This document shows positions 23,090 to 36,271 of a stretch of 55,000 nt of DNA, in pieces. The stretch covers positions 62,001 through 117,000 of the forward strand of contig CAUYUJ010000193.1 of the NCBI GenBank assembly GCA_963575745.1, written 5' to 3'. The notes beneath the pieces were generated by a model. That model was not told the DNA's origin, did no database searches, and was given only the letters and a program-made list of their open reading frames with translations. A program made the translations under genes and the position numbers. Source of the stretch: Prorocentrum cordatum. Taxonomy: Eukaryota. Position 1 is the stretch's first letter. Each line of letters opens with the position of its first letter.

Positions 23090-24620
23090 GGTATAGTCTA
23101 TTCAAAATCCCCCGATTTGTTGTCCCAAGGCGAGAGTTTTGTCTTCGTGCACAAGGGTGGGGCGAAGATGAGGATGTGATAAACGGAGAGGCGGGAGGGC
23201 GGGCGGGCGGCGGGCGGGCGGGCGGCGGGCGGGTAGGGATTTGAGGCGACTCCTTAAGCATTCTCTCTTGCAGCGGGAGGCTGTTGAGTATTGGGTGTTG
23301 TCTTGGAGGCGGGAGTTGTTGAGTGCAAGGTTTTGTTTTGGAGACGGGGGCTGTTGAGTACAGGGTGGTGCATGCTGCACGGAAGGCGGGCGGGCGGTCG
23401 GCGGGTCGGGCGGACGTCGTCGGGATTGGAGTCTGTTCCTGAAGGATTCTCTCTTGCAGGAGAAGGCTGTTGAGTATTGGATGTTGTCTTGGAGGCGGAG
23501 GCTGTTGACTACAGGGTGTTGTCTTGTAGACTCGGGTCGGGCGAAAGGGGGTTTGGAAAGGGGGGTTACGAAATCTGCTGCATGTAGCTGGTTTCGGCCC
23601 CACCGAGGGTCCCGTTCTCGATACATGGGCGCCTCCCGGCGCCGGGAGGCGCCGGGAAAATCAGCTACGTGACCTGATTCTCAACCCCCCCCTTGCTATC
23701 CCCCCCTTTCGCCCGACCCGATAGACGGAGGCTGTTGAGTACAGGGGGGTTTATGCTACACGGAAGGCGGGCGGCGGTCGGGCGGGCAGGCGGCGGGCGG
23801 GCGGCGTGCGGGTGGGTCGGGGTTTGAATAGGTTTCGTGAAGATTCTCTCTTGCAGTGGAAGGTTGTCGAGTATTGGATGTTCTCTTGGAGACGGAGGCT
23901 GTTGACTACAGGGTGTTGTCTTGTAGACGGAGGCTGTTGAGTACAGGGGGGTTTATGCTACACGGAAGGCGGGCGGCGGTCGGGCGGGCAGGCGGCGGGC
24001 GGGCGGGCGGGCGGGCGGGTGGGTCGGGATTTGAACAGGTTCCGTGAAGATTCTCTCTTGCAGCGGAAGGTTGTCGAGTATTGGATGTTGTCTTGGAGAC
24101 GGAGGCTGTTGACTACAGGGTGTTGTCTTGGAGACGGAAGCTGTTGAGTACATGGTGGTAGGTGCTACACGGAAGGTGGGCTGGAAGGCGGGCGGGCGGT
24201 CGGCTGGCGGGCGGGCGGGTCGGGATCTTGATAGACCCTTCAAGGATTCTCTCTTTCAGCGGAAGGTTGTCGAGTATTGGGTGTTGTCTTGGAGACGGAG
24301 GCTTTTGACTACAGGGTGTTGTCTTGTAGACGGAGGCTGTTGAAAACAGGGTGGTGCGTGCTACGCAGAAGGCAGGCGGGCGGCGGGCTTTCGGATCGGG
24401 ATGTGATGTCTCCTTAGGGATTCTCTGTTTCAGGAGAAGGTTGTTGAGTATTGGGTGTCGTCTTGGAGACGGAAGCTGTTAAGTACATGGCGTCTTCTTG
24501 AAGATGGAGGCTGCCCCTTCAAGATTCCATGGAACCTGAAACGGATGGCTCTGTCGGGGAACCGTACGAGAACGTGGATAGTAAAAACAATTCGTGGGGG
24601 GATTTTGAGTGGACTATACC
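23090..24620. mobile_element. 1.5-kb non-autonomous TIR element with an internal ~175-205 bp tandem array
   Basis: GGTATAGTCTATTCAAAATCCCCC (23090-23113) versus GGGGGATTTTGAGTGGACTATACC (24597-24620), 22/24 inverted match. Internal anchor ATTCTCTCTTGCAG recurs near 23260, 23447, 23842, 24050, 24247 and 24420, with ~33-bp subrepeats. Confidence 0.8.
23532..23721. mobile_element. 190-bp MITE with 20-bp perfect TIR and 5-bp TSD
   Basis: TCGGGTCGGGCGAAAGGGGG ... CCCCCTTTCGCCCGACCCGA flanked by TAGAC (23527-23531 and 23722-23726). The empty site GTCTTGTAGACGGAGGCTG is visible in sister repeat units (~23918, ~24321). Confidence 0.93.
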
Positions 24621-24714
24621 CACAAATACATGTATGTATGTACACATGCTAACCTACCCAAGCCGTGCTTGCACGTAGGGCTTCTTACTTAATCGAAAAA
24701 GGGACTGGGCTGGT

Positions 24715-24970
24715 GTGGCGGTCTGGCAGCTATGTTGTTGCCGTCGCCGCCCCGTCGCCGCCTCGTCGCCGCCCGTCGTCTGGGCCTGTGTGGCGGTCTG
24801 GCGGCTACGTTGTCGCCGTCGCCGCCCCGTCGCCGCCTCGTCGCCGCCCGTCGTCGGGGCCGGCGTGGTGGTCTGGCGACTATGTTGTCGCTGTCGCCGC
24901 TCCGTCGCTGCCTCGTCGCTGCCCGTCGTCTAGGCGGTCTGGCGGTTTGGCGGCTATGCTGTCGCCGTTG
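24715..24970. repeat. CGTCGCCGCC minisatellite (~63-bp higher-order unit) heading macro-repeat array 2
   Basis: Direct reading; related to 1068-1272. Confidence 0.85.
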
Positions 24971-24993
24971 CCATTTCGACATATATATATGTG

Positions 24994-25038
<45 letters not shown>

Positions 25039-28000
25039 ATTCATATATGGCAGAACATAGGTTCTCTTTTCTAGACATGTACAAGGATTCCCTTGTTCGA
25101 TGTGAAATTCTTATATGATCCGGACTCGTTTGTTTTCAAGCATCCCTTGCAAACGATTGGACGAAGTGCACGCTCGCGCGTTGTCGCGCGCGCATGCCGA
25201 AATCCTTCAAAAACCATTCGTTTTGCAAGGCGTTCAGAGCTGTGTGCTTGCGCTCGCGCTCTTGCGAAATCTTATGAATACCACAGGTTTTTTCAACATG
25301 TTCATAGTCGGCTATAAAAGGGGCCTCTCGCGCGCGCATGCCGAAATCGTTCGAACGCCCTTACGCGCGTGCTGTCGCAGGAATCCCCTGCAAAATATGG
25401 CACGGATTTCGCGCGCGCGTCGTCGCGCGCGCGTCCTGGAATTCGTCAAGAACCATAATGTCCACTCGGATTTCAAAATCGAGTGTCCCGAACATATGAA
25501 CAACACATGCTTTCGCCACAACAGTTCCTAACAACAAATGCGCTCGTGCTCTTGTGAATTCTTAAGACAATCCGGATTTGTCATTTTCATGCAATACTGC
25601 CAAGAAGGCCACTCGAAGAGCATGTCGAACTCATTCGAACACCCTTGCGCGCGTGCGGGGGGTGGCACGATCCGCGTCAAATAGTGCAATGCGGGCCGCT
25701 CTCGCGCGTCGGCTGCGCGCTCGTGTCGAACTCCTTCCGGAACCTTCATCACCGACGCGAGGGCGCCGTCATCGTCGTCGGCGGGATCAGCATCGGCGTC
25801 GTTGCTTGCCGTGCCGTCGCGGTTGTCATCGTCGTCGCCAGCGCCGCCACTGTCGTCATCGTGCCTACCATGGTGCCGCGCCCGCCCAGGTCGCCGACTC
25901 GCACTGAAGTGCCCGCTGGGAAGGGCCCAGAGGTCAGCGCCGCCGCGGCCGCTTCGGTCGTGCCAACCTAGCTGGCCGCTGCGCGCGCGAGCACGCACGG
26001 GCTAGCGCGGCCGCGGAGATGCTCATCATAGTCGCCGCCGCATGGGCGCAGTGTAATTGCCCCACGTCGGTTGCGTCGCGTAGATTCTCTTGTTTAAGAG
26101 AGCATTGGGATCTACGCCCCCCCCCCCCAAGGGGTTAGCGGTTCACCTTTTTGTATTGGAATTGACGCGTGACTCTGCCCCGTTGTCCACGTTGAAGATG
26201 AATTCGCATCGCCCCGGCTAAATCGGCAACGCCCCCCTCGCCCCCGGCAAAATGCGATGCGCGCGCGCTCGGTCATCGAGAGTCATTACTTGTCTAGAGA
26301 CCCCGGCAACAATTGAACGAAGCGCGCGCGTCGTCGCGCGCGCGCGCCGGAATCCTTGAAGCACATTTGTTTTTTCAAGGATTTCAAAATCGAGTGCTCC
26401 GGAAACGGATGAACGCACATGTCTTCTCAACGGGGGTTTTAGAGAGAGCTTTCGCTCGCGCCCTTGCGAAATCTTAAGAACGCGGCAGGTTTTCAACGTG
26501 TTCATGGCGTGCAACCACGCGGGCCTCTCGCGCGCGCATGTCGAAATCTTTCGAGCGCCTCTCGCGCGCGCGCGTCCGAATCTTTCGAGCGCTCTCGCGC
26601 GCGTGCTGTCGCGAGAAGCCCATGCAACAGCTGAGGCGACATGCGCGCGCGCGTCTCCGCGCGCGCGCCGAAATCAATCGTGAACCTAAGGTTTTGTAAT
26701 GACTTCAAAATCGAGTGCTCCGAGAACAAATTACATGCACGTGGTTCCGCGACATTCGCGTTCAAGGGGCGGCGCTCGCGCTCTTGCGAAATCGCAAGAG
26801 AGTTTTCGGTCTTCCATTCTTTCCATCCAAGTCTGCCAAAGGGGTCTCTCGCGCCGCGTGTCGACATCGTTCGAGCGCCCTTTCGCGCTTGCTGGGGGGC
26901 GCGATCCGTGTGAAATAACACCATCCGGGCGTCGGCCGCGCGCGCGTGTCGAATTCCTTCCAATGCCTTTTTCGCCGACGCGAGGGCGCCGTCGTCGTCG
27001 TCGGCGCGATCGGCGTCGGCGAGGTCGCTGGCTGCGCCGTCGCCGTTGTTATCATCGTCACCGGCGCCGCTACTATCGTCGCGTTGTCTATCCTTGTCGC
27101 CGTTGCCGTTGCCGCGCCCGCCCGAGTCGCCGACTCGCGCTGACGCGCCCGTTGGGAAGTGCCGGGAGTCAGCGCCGCCGCGGCCGCGTCGGTCGCCCCG
27201 AACTAGCTGGCCGCTGCGCCCGCGAGCGTGCGCGGGCTAGCGCGGCCGCGGAGATGCGCCGGCCAACGCCGAGCACTCATCGCCACCGCCGCCGCGTGGG
27301 TTTGGCAGAACAAGTTGAGGGTGGGCGGGCGGGGTGTTCGCGCGAGCAGTGGAGTTGACCTTTTCAAATTGAGCAGTGGTGAGCTCTCCCTTCTTAAAAA
27401 AAGGTTCTACCCCCGCCGCCCCTGGGTCGTCGACCCGGCCCCTCGCGCTGCAATTTTCAGCTGGTTCTCCCCAATTGTCCATCCTCTGCAACGGATTTTA
27501 TGCGCGCGCACTCGTGTATCACAAGTCATCAGTTTTCAATAATCCGTGCGCGCGCGTGCGTCGTCGCGCGCGCGCGCGTCGTCGCGCGCGCGCCGGAACG
27601 AAAACCTTCGGTTCCGCAGGGACTTCAAAATCGAGCGTCCAAGAAACATTGCAAACAGAGGGTTTCGCAACGTGGATTTCCAAAAGTAAGCTCGCGCGCG
27701 CGTTCATGCGAATTTTTAGGAAAACCATTGGTTCATCATCATCGTCAGAGAATGCTACCAAACGGGCGTCGCGCGCGCGTGTCGACTTCGTTCGAACGCC
27801 CTTGCGCGCGTACCGTCGCGAGAATCCTTTGCAAAAGACGGAGCGGAGTTCGCGCGCGCGCGCGTCGTCGCGCGCGCGTGCCAAAATGCGTCGACAACCT
27901 TCGGTTTCGTGGCGATTTCAAAGCCGAGGGTCCAACGCACATTCAAAAACACATGGCTTCGCAACATCAGTATTCAAGAAAGCGCGAGCTCGCGCTCTGG

Positions 28001-29977
28001 GAATTCTTATAACAAGCCGTTGTTTTTTTCCAACGGTCTCACGGAATGCTGCAAGACGGGCCCCTGGCGCCGCGCGACGAAGCCATGAGCGCGCCCTTGC
28101 GCGCGTGCTGGGGGGGTGGGGGGGTGGGGGCGCGATCCGTGTCAAATAGTGCCATGCGGATCACTCTCGCGCGTCTGCCACTCGCGCATGGCGAATTCCT
28201 TTCCAAAACATTCATCGCCGATGCGAGGGTGCCGCCATCCTCGTCGGCGTGATCAGCATCGGTGCCCGCTGTGGCTGCGCCGTCGTCGTTGTCAACGTCG
28301 CCGCCGGCATCGCTACTATCGTCGTCGTGTCTACCGTTATCGACGTCGCCATGGTGCCGCGCCCGCCCAAGTCGCCGACAAGTGCGTGCTGGGATGCGCC
28401 CAGCGGTCAGCGCCGCCGCGGCCGCGTCGGTCGCGCCAGACTAGCTGGCCGCTGCGCGCGCGTGCTCGAGTTGGCGCGGCCGCAGAGATGCACCGGCCCA
28501 GGCCGGGCGCTCATCGCAGTCGCCGCCGCGCGGGTTCTGTAAACTAAGTTGCGGGTGGGTGGGTGGGACGCGCGCAGGGGCATGGAATGTGTCAACTCGT
28601 TTGTATGAAGCACTTCTCCTTTCTAAGAAAGGAATGAGTCCTGCAGCTTTCCTCTGGGGCTGCATCTTCATGTTTTGTATTGTTATTAGCGTGTGATTCT
28701 GCCCCGTCGTCCATCCTACTTGTGAACTCGTATTACCCCAGCTAGGCCGGTATCGCCCCCCCCGCCATCCTCTGGAACAAATTGTATGCGCGCGCATTCG
28801 TTTATCGAAAGTGATAAGTTCCCAACAAATAAAACGAAGTGCACGCGCGCGCGTTGTCGCGCGCGCATGTCGGAATTAATCAACAACCTTCGGTTCCGTA
28901 AGGACTTCAAAATCGAGTGTCAAAAAAACAGTTTAAAACACATGGTTTCGCAACGCGGAATTTCCAAAACAACTTGCGCGCGCTCTTGCGGATTCTTAAG
29001 AGAACCATCGGTTTCCAACATTTTTTGAACAAGAACTACCAGACGGGCTTCGCGCGCACGCATGTCCCAATCGTCCGGACGCCCTTGCGCACATGGTGTG
29101 ATTTGACACGGATCGTGCCAAAGCACGATCTGTGTCAAATCGTACCGTGCGGGCCACTCTCGCGCGTCTGCCGCTCGCGCATTTCGAACTTCCAAAACCT
29201 GCGCCGCCGACGTGAAGGCGCCGTCATCGTCGTCGGCGTGATCAGCATCGGCACCGTCGCTGGCTGCCCCGTCGTCGCTGGCAGCATCGTCGCCAGCGTC
29301 GCTACTATCGTCGTCGTGTCTATCGTTGTCGACGTTGCCATGATGCCGCGCCCGCCCAAGTCGCCGACTCGCGCTGCAATGCCCGCTGGGATGTGCCGAG
29401 CGGTGAGCGCCACCGCGTTCGCGTCGGTCGCGCCAAACTAGCTGGCCGCTGCGCGCGCGAGCATGCGCGGGCTCGCGCGGCCGCAGAGGGCACCGGCCAA
29501 CGCCAGGCACCCATCGCATTCGCTTCCGCATGGGGTTTGCAGACCAAGGTGCGGGTGGGCGAGGTGTATGTTTGCACGAGCAGTGGAGTGGACAACTCGA
29601 TTTGAGCAAGACATTGATTCTCTTTTCTAAAAAGAGAATAGACTCTACCCCTTCCCCCGAACTTTTCAGCTCCCCCTGGGATAGTATGATTTCGCATATA
29701 TTTGTGTGTATATATATATATATATATTCTGCACACCCGTCCATCCTGGATATGAAATCGTATCATCCCAGCCAAACGGGCTCCCCCCCTTGAGGTTCCC
29801 GTGTAAAAAACACAATGCGGTGACATTTTTTGTTCTAACAAAGCACTTTTTTCACGAATCCCTTGCAAACAAATGAGACGAACTGCGCACTCGCGCGTCG
29901 TCGCGCGCGCATGCCGAAATCCTTCCAAAACCTTCGGTGCGGGAAGGATGTCGCAATCGAGTTTCCCAAAAACATAC

Positions 29978-31160
29978 AATTAGCCTGGCGAAGAACCCAA
30001 CCATATGCAGTAGTGGATACCGCAATGTGTATTTCGTCTTCGGTGGAGCTCCCTGTGGGGCCACGATCCTCGTGAGGGGTGTGCCGAAATGGGGCGGGGC
30101 CGCCATGCGAACCCTGCCACTGAGGCCTTCGGTGGAGATCCCTGTGGGGCCACGATCCTCGTGAGGGGTGTGCCGAAATGGGGCGGGGCCGCCATGCGAA
30201 ACCCATGCCATTGAGGCCTTCGGGGTAGACTCCCTGTGGGGGCCACGATCTCTCGTGGGGGTGTGCCGAAATTGTTGGCGGTGCCGCCCATGAGAACCTG
30301 CCACCGAGGGCCCTTCGGTGGAGTCCGTGGGAACGTATCCTCGTGAGGGGTGGCCGAAATGGGGCGGGCCGCCATTGCGAACCCTGCACTGAGGGCCTTC
30401 GGTGGAGATCCCTGTGGGCCACGATTCCTCGTGAGGGGTGTGCCGAAATTGGGCGGGGCCCGCCATGCGAACCCTGCCACTGAGGCCTTCGGTGGAGCTC
30501 CCTGTGGGGCCACGATCCTCGTGAGGGGTGTGCCGAAATTGGGCGGGGCCGCCATGCGACCCCCTGCCACTGAGGCCTTCGGTGGAGCTCCCTATGGGGC
30601 CACGATCCTCGTGAGGGGTGTGCCGAAATGGGGGGGGCCGCCATGCGAACCCTGCCACTGAGGCCTTCGGTAATAGAGCTCTGGGGGGCACACGATCCGC
30701 GTGAGGGGTGTGCCCGAAATGGGCGGCGCCATGCAACCCGCCACCGAGTCCTCGGTGGGGCTCCCTGTGGGCCACGATTAGTGAGGGGGTCTGTGCCGAA
30801 AATGGGGCAGGGACAGGCATATGCGAACACTAGCCCACTGGGGCCTTCGGTGGAGCTCCCTATGGGGCCACGAACCGTGTGAGGGGTGCACCAAACTGGC
30901 GCGGGGCCGCCGTGCGAACCCTGCCATTGGGGCCTTCGGTGGAGCTCCTTATGGGGTCACGAACCGTGTGAGGGGTGCGCCCAAATGGTGCGGGGCCGCC
31001 ATGCGAACCCTGCCACGGCCTCCCCCCTGTGAGGCTACCTACTTACCACGGGCCTTATGATGATGTGGTATGATGATGATGCTGATGATGATGATGATGA
31101 TGATGATGAATGACGGTTGATGATGATGAAGACGGCGACGATGATGATGATGCTGATGAG

Positions 31161-31248
<88 letters not shown>

Positions 31249-31356
31249 CATGATGATGATGATGGCAGGAGGGAGGGGACAGCGGGAGGAGGAGAAGGAG
31301 GGAACGCGGGGCACCGTCTCTCCAAAACGAGGACCCAACACCACAGGATGGTTGGG
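29978..31356. mobile_element. Non-autonomous element C (Helentron/HINE-like): ~90-bp tandem array plus (GAT)n
   Basis: 9-bp inverted repeat CCCAACCAT (29996-30004) / ATGGTTGGG (31348-31356), with a right-end hairpin CCCAAC...GTTGGG. Host flanks TTTCCCAAAAACATAC / AAAAACACAGGGTTTCG rejoin to match the uninterrupted copy at 42736-42770. Confidence 0.85.
30035..31020. repeat. ~89-90 bp tandem repeat, about 11 copies
   Basis: Unit GAGGCCTTCGGTGGAGCTCCCTGTGGGGCCACGATCCTCGTGAGGGGTGTGCCGAAATGGGGCGGGGCCGCCATGCGAACCCTGCCACT; TGAGGCCTTC at 30121, 30481, 30571 and 30659. Confidence 0.95.
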
Positions 31357-31926
31357 AAAAACACAGGGTTTCGCAACACAGAGTTGCTAAACAAACTTCC
31401 GCGAACGCTCTTGCGAAATCTTAAGAACCATAGATTTTTCAAGATTTTCACAACATGGTACCAAACGGGCTTCGCGCGCGCTCATGTCGAAATCTGTCGA
31501 ACGCCCTTGCGCGTGTGCCGTCGCGAGAATCCCTGCAAAAAATGGGACGAAGTGCAGACGCGCGCGTCGTCGCGCGCGTATGCCGAAATCCTTCAAAACC
31601 CATCGGTTTCGGAAGGATTTCAAAATCGTGTGTCCAAAAAACCTACAAAAACACAAAAGGTCTCGCAACACGGATTTTCAACAAAAGGTGCGCGCGCGCT
31701 TTTGCGTCGTCGTCGTCGTCGTCGCCGTCCTCCCTACCTCCCGTCGTTGTCGTCGTCGTCGTCGCCTACGTCGTCCTCTGTCTTTCCTCGTGTTCGTCGT
31801 CGTCGTCCTCTTTGGCGTCGTGGTCGTTTCCGTCGTCGTTGTCGCCGTGGTCGTCCTTCCTCCTCCTCCCTCGTCGTCGTCGTCGTCCGTCGTCGGCGTC
31901 TCGTCGTCGTCCCTCCTATTTCGTCG

Positions 31927-31958
<32 letters not shown>

Positions 31959-32820
31959 CCTCCTCCCTCGTCGTTGTCGTCGTCGGCGTCGCCGTCCTTC
32001 CTCCTTCTTCGTCGTTCGCGTCGTCGCCGTCCTCCCTCCTCCCTCGTCGTGTCGTCGTTGTCGTCGTTGTCGCCGTCGTCGCCTCCCTTTCCCGTCGTTG
32101 TCTTCGTTGGCGACTCGTCGTCGTCGTCTTCGTCGTCGCGGCTTCGGCGTCGTTGGCGTCTTCGTCGTCGTCGACGTCGGCGTCGTCGTCGTCGCCGCCG
32201 TCGTCGTCGTCGTCGTCGTCGTCGTCGGCGTCGTTGACGTCGTCGTCGTCGTCGTCGGTTTCGTCGTTATCGTCGTCGTCGGCGTCGTCATCGTCGTCGT
32301 CGTTGTCATCGTCGTCGTCGTCGGCGTCGGTGTCATCGTCGTCGTCGTCGGTGTCGTCGCCGTCGTTGTCGGCGTCGTCAAAGTCTTTTGAGACGTCGTC
32401 GGTGTCGTCGTAGTCGTTGTCGGCGGCGTCGTCATCGTCGTTGTCGCTGTCGTCGTCGGCGTCGCTGTTGTTGCCAAGTGCCATGTGGTACCCACCGTCA
32501 CGGTCTTAAGAGATTTTGCAAACCAAGTTGCGGGTGGGTGGGTGGGATGTTTGCGCGAGCAGTGGAGTGGACAACTCACTGCGAACAGAAAGTAATTGCA
32601 CCGCATAGATTGCACCGCGTGGATTGCACCTCTGCTTAATCGGAGCACTTTCTGTGTTGCAGTTTACATGTGGTTCTGCCCCATCGTCCATCCTAAATGT
32701 GAGTTCGTACCATCCCAGCCGAGTCTGGTTCGACTCCCCCCGCCATTCTCTGCAACAGATGCTATGCGCGCGCACTCGCGTATCACGAATGATCCGTTTT
32801 CATGACCCCCTCGCGAAAAT

Positions 32821-33923
32821 AATTACTCCGACGAAAGGACCCCACATGAGAATCCTCTGGGCGAATCTGGAAAAAGCCCTCACCGTCGTCCTCGTGGTTG
32901 GTGAGGCGTCTTGGCTGTCTCCCCGCTCCCTACGTTGCCCCCGACCTCGCCCTCCTGTTTTGTCTCCGGACATTCAGAATGTGGCCCGGGAGTTGTGTTC
33001 TGGGAACACGAAGAACACGAAGTGGCCTACAGTTGGCTCCGGGCATTCAAAATGTGGCCCGGGAATGGTGTTCTGGGAGCACGAAAAAAACGAAGTTGCC
33101 TACAGTTGGCTCTGGCCATCAAAATGTGGCCTGGGAGTGGCGTTCTGGCAGCGCGAGAGCCCAAAAAGTGGCGACAGTGAGGGGAAGTGGATGACCTGCC
33201 CGGATTAGTAACATGATCCGCGGGCCCCATAGGGAGGGGGCTCCCGTTTGAGATTTCTTCGCAATTCACTCGCACATGTGGCCTGGGAGTGGCGTTCTAG
33301 CAGCGCCAGAGCTCAAAAGTGGCGCCAGTTACAGGAATTGGATGACCCGCTCGGATTAGTAACGTGATCCGCGGGCCCCATAGGGAGGGGGCTCCCGCTT
33401 GAGATTTCCTCGCAATTCACAAATGTGGCCTGGGAATGGCGTCTTGGCAGCGCGAGAGCCCCAAAATTGCGACAGTCACAGGACTTGGATGACCCGCTCG
33501 GATTAGTAACATTATCCGCGGGCCCCATGTGGAGGGGGCTCCCGCTTCAGACTTCCTCGCAATTCACTCACAGACGAGTCCCAAGGCGAGTGAGTGAGTG
33601 AGTGAGTGAGTGACTGACTGACTGGTGATGATGATGATCATCACGCTCTCTCACGCGCACACTCATCATCATCATCATATGTGAGTTCATGAGCGTTTGA
33701 GTGAGTGAGTGCTGATGAGTCAGTGAGCGAGTGATTGAGTGAGTGATTGTGTGAGTGAGTGAGTGAGTGAGTGTGGGAGGGATGATGAGTGAGTGAGTGA
33801 GGAATGAGTGATGATGATGATGATGATGATGAGGATGATGATGATGATGATGATGATGATGGTGGGTTCCTGTTTCTGCGCGGGGTGTCCAGAGAAAACA
33901 AGAACCCCACTTTGGATGTGGGG
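32821..33923. mobile_element. Non-autonomous element D (Helentron/HINE-like): 72-bp and ~150-bp tandem repeats plus (GAGT)n/(GAT)n
   Basis: 8-bp inverted repeat CCCCACAT (32840-32847) / ATGTGGGG (33916-33923), with a right-end hairpin CCCCAC-tttggat-GTGGGG. The left end AATTACTCCGACGAAAGGACCC resembles that of element C. Host flanks CCCCTCGCGAAAA / AACATCGAGACGAAGTG correspond to the macro-repeat motif CCCTTGCAAAAAATGGGACGAAGTG. Confidence 0.82.
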
Positions 33924-36230
33924 AACATCGAGACGAAGTGCGCGCGCGCGTCGTCGCGCGCGCATGCCGAAATCCTTTGAACACCTTCGGGTTCGGAAGG
34001 CTTTCAACATCGAGTGTCAAACAACCACGTGAAAACACATTGTGGCGCAGCGCGGGTTTCAACAACAAAAAGCGTGCGCGTGAGCTCTTGCGAAGTCCTG
34101 GGAGAACCATCGTCAGTTCTTTTTCAAGATTTCCAGGACATGCTATCAAACGGGCGTCGCGCGCATGTCGAAATCGTCCGACCCCCTTGCGCGCGTGCCG
34201 TCGCGAGAACCATTTGCAACAAATGTGGCGAAGTGCGCGCGCGCGTCGTCGCGCGCGTGCCGAAATCCATCAAAACTACAGGGTTCGTAACGGTTCAAAA
34301 CCCAATGTTCCACGATTGCAAGTATACATGGTTTCGCAGCGTCAGTTTTCAAAGAAGCTTGCGCGCACGCTCGTGCGAATCGTTCAGAAACGCGCATTTC
34401 TTGTTCCAGCAAAAAATATAATTATCTATATAATGCGTTTTCAATGACTTCTGCCGCGCGGGCCTTGGGCGCCGCTTGCCGAATTCATTCGCGCGCCCTT
34501 GCGCGCGAGCTGGGGGGGGGGGGCGATCCGCGTCGGAAGGAACCGCGCGGGCCACTCGCGCGTCGGCCGCGCGCGCGCGTCGAACTCCCGCGCCCGCCCA
34601 AGTCGCCGACTCGCAGTGAAGTGCCCGCTGGGGCGCGCCCGGCGGTCAGCGACGTCGCGGCCGCGTCGGCGGCGCCAAATTAGGTGGCCGCTGCGCGCGC
34701 GTGCTCGTGCCGGCGAGGGCGCAGAGATGCACCGGCCAACGCCGGGCGCTCATCGCAGTCGCCGCCGCGTGGGTTTTCCAGACCAAGTTGTGGGTGGGTT
34801 GGATGTTCGCACGAGCATGGGATGTGTCGACACGTCTGTTCAAACCAATTGCGCGACATAGATTGCACCGTTTGTGAAAATCAATTGTTCTTTCTTGAAA
34901 GAATTTTAGATGTGCCCCCCCTGGTTTATTGCCCCCCCTGGGATGGTGCAGTTCGCGTGTGTCTCTGCCCATCGTTCGTTCTAGATATGGCCTCGAATTG
35001 TCCCAGCCGCCCTTCGCCCCCGTCAAAGAATACCTTGCTTGCGCGCTCGTTCGCCAGAGCCAGAGGTTTTTCATATTCCCTCGCAACAAATGAGACAAAG
35101 TCCATGCGCGCGTGTCGTCGCGCGCTGGCTTCGTGAGGGATTCCAGGTCGATGTCCTCGAAACAGATGCAGAGGTTTTGAAATGTCTTTGGTGGCAAATC
35201 TGCGCGCGCGCATTCGCGAGTTCAGAAGAAGGCTATCGGTTTTCGCATTTTCATCAAATGCGGCCAAGCGGGCTTCTCGCGCGCGCGTGTCGGAATCGCC
35301 CCGACGTCCTCGCGCGCTTGCTTGGGGCGTGGGGGGCGGGGGGGCGGGGGGTGATCCGTGTAAAATGGTGCCGTGCGGGCCAGTCGCGCACGTCGGCCTC
35401 GCGCGCGTGTCGACGTCCCTCCAAAATCTTTTATCGCCGACGTCGCCGTCGTCATCGCCGTCGCCATCGCCGCTGCCTTCATCATCGTGCCCGCCTGTGC
35501 CGAGCAGACATGGGGCCGACCCTGCCCGAGTCGCCGTCTCGCGCTGAGATGCCCCGCCGTCAGTGCGGCCCGCGAGACGCGCTGGGAAGCCCCTAGCTGT
35601 TAGCCCTGCCGTGGCCGCGGGCGTCTGCGGCGCCGACCGACGCGGCTGCTTTGCGCGCGAGCTAGCGCGCGCTAGCGCGGCCGTGGTGATGCGCCAGCCC
35701 GGGCCAAGCAGTCATCGCATATGTTGCTCCGCATTGCGCAGCGCGGATTGCGCCGCGTAGATTGTAGCATGTCTGTGCATATTTGGCGCAGCATAGAGTG
35801 CATACCATAGATTGCGCGCCATTTGCTGCGTCGTGGATACTGGAAACTGTGCATTCGTCCACATATGTATCATCACGTGGGTTGCGCTACAGAGGTTGCA
35901 CCACGTATGGGGCGCCGCATATACATGCGTGGGTATATTTATTCATATATATATATATATGTATATATTGGACATAGCACAACGCACGTTCTTCTTGTCT
36001 ACAAGAGATTAGATTCTACCCCCCCCCACCCCCCCCCGGACTTATCGGTTGTTGGTTTCGCTGGTGAGTTCATGTGTGGCCGTGACCCTTCATCCATCTC
36101 TCACATGACTTCGTGCCGTCCCAGCCAGGCCTGCATCGACCCCCCCCGCCATCTTTTGCAGAACATTATGCGCGCGCTCTCGATTATCAGAAACCATCAG
36201 TTTCCAATATGATAAATATATATATATATA

Positions 36231-36271
<41 letters not shown>

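Noticed and set aside
29835..30882. Repetitive ORFs across the ~90-bp array, and a possible CRISPR-like appearance
   Set aside because: Units vary by 1-2 bp indels so no frame is preserved. The whole unit repeats with no unique spacers, and no cas genes are present.
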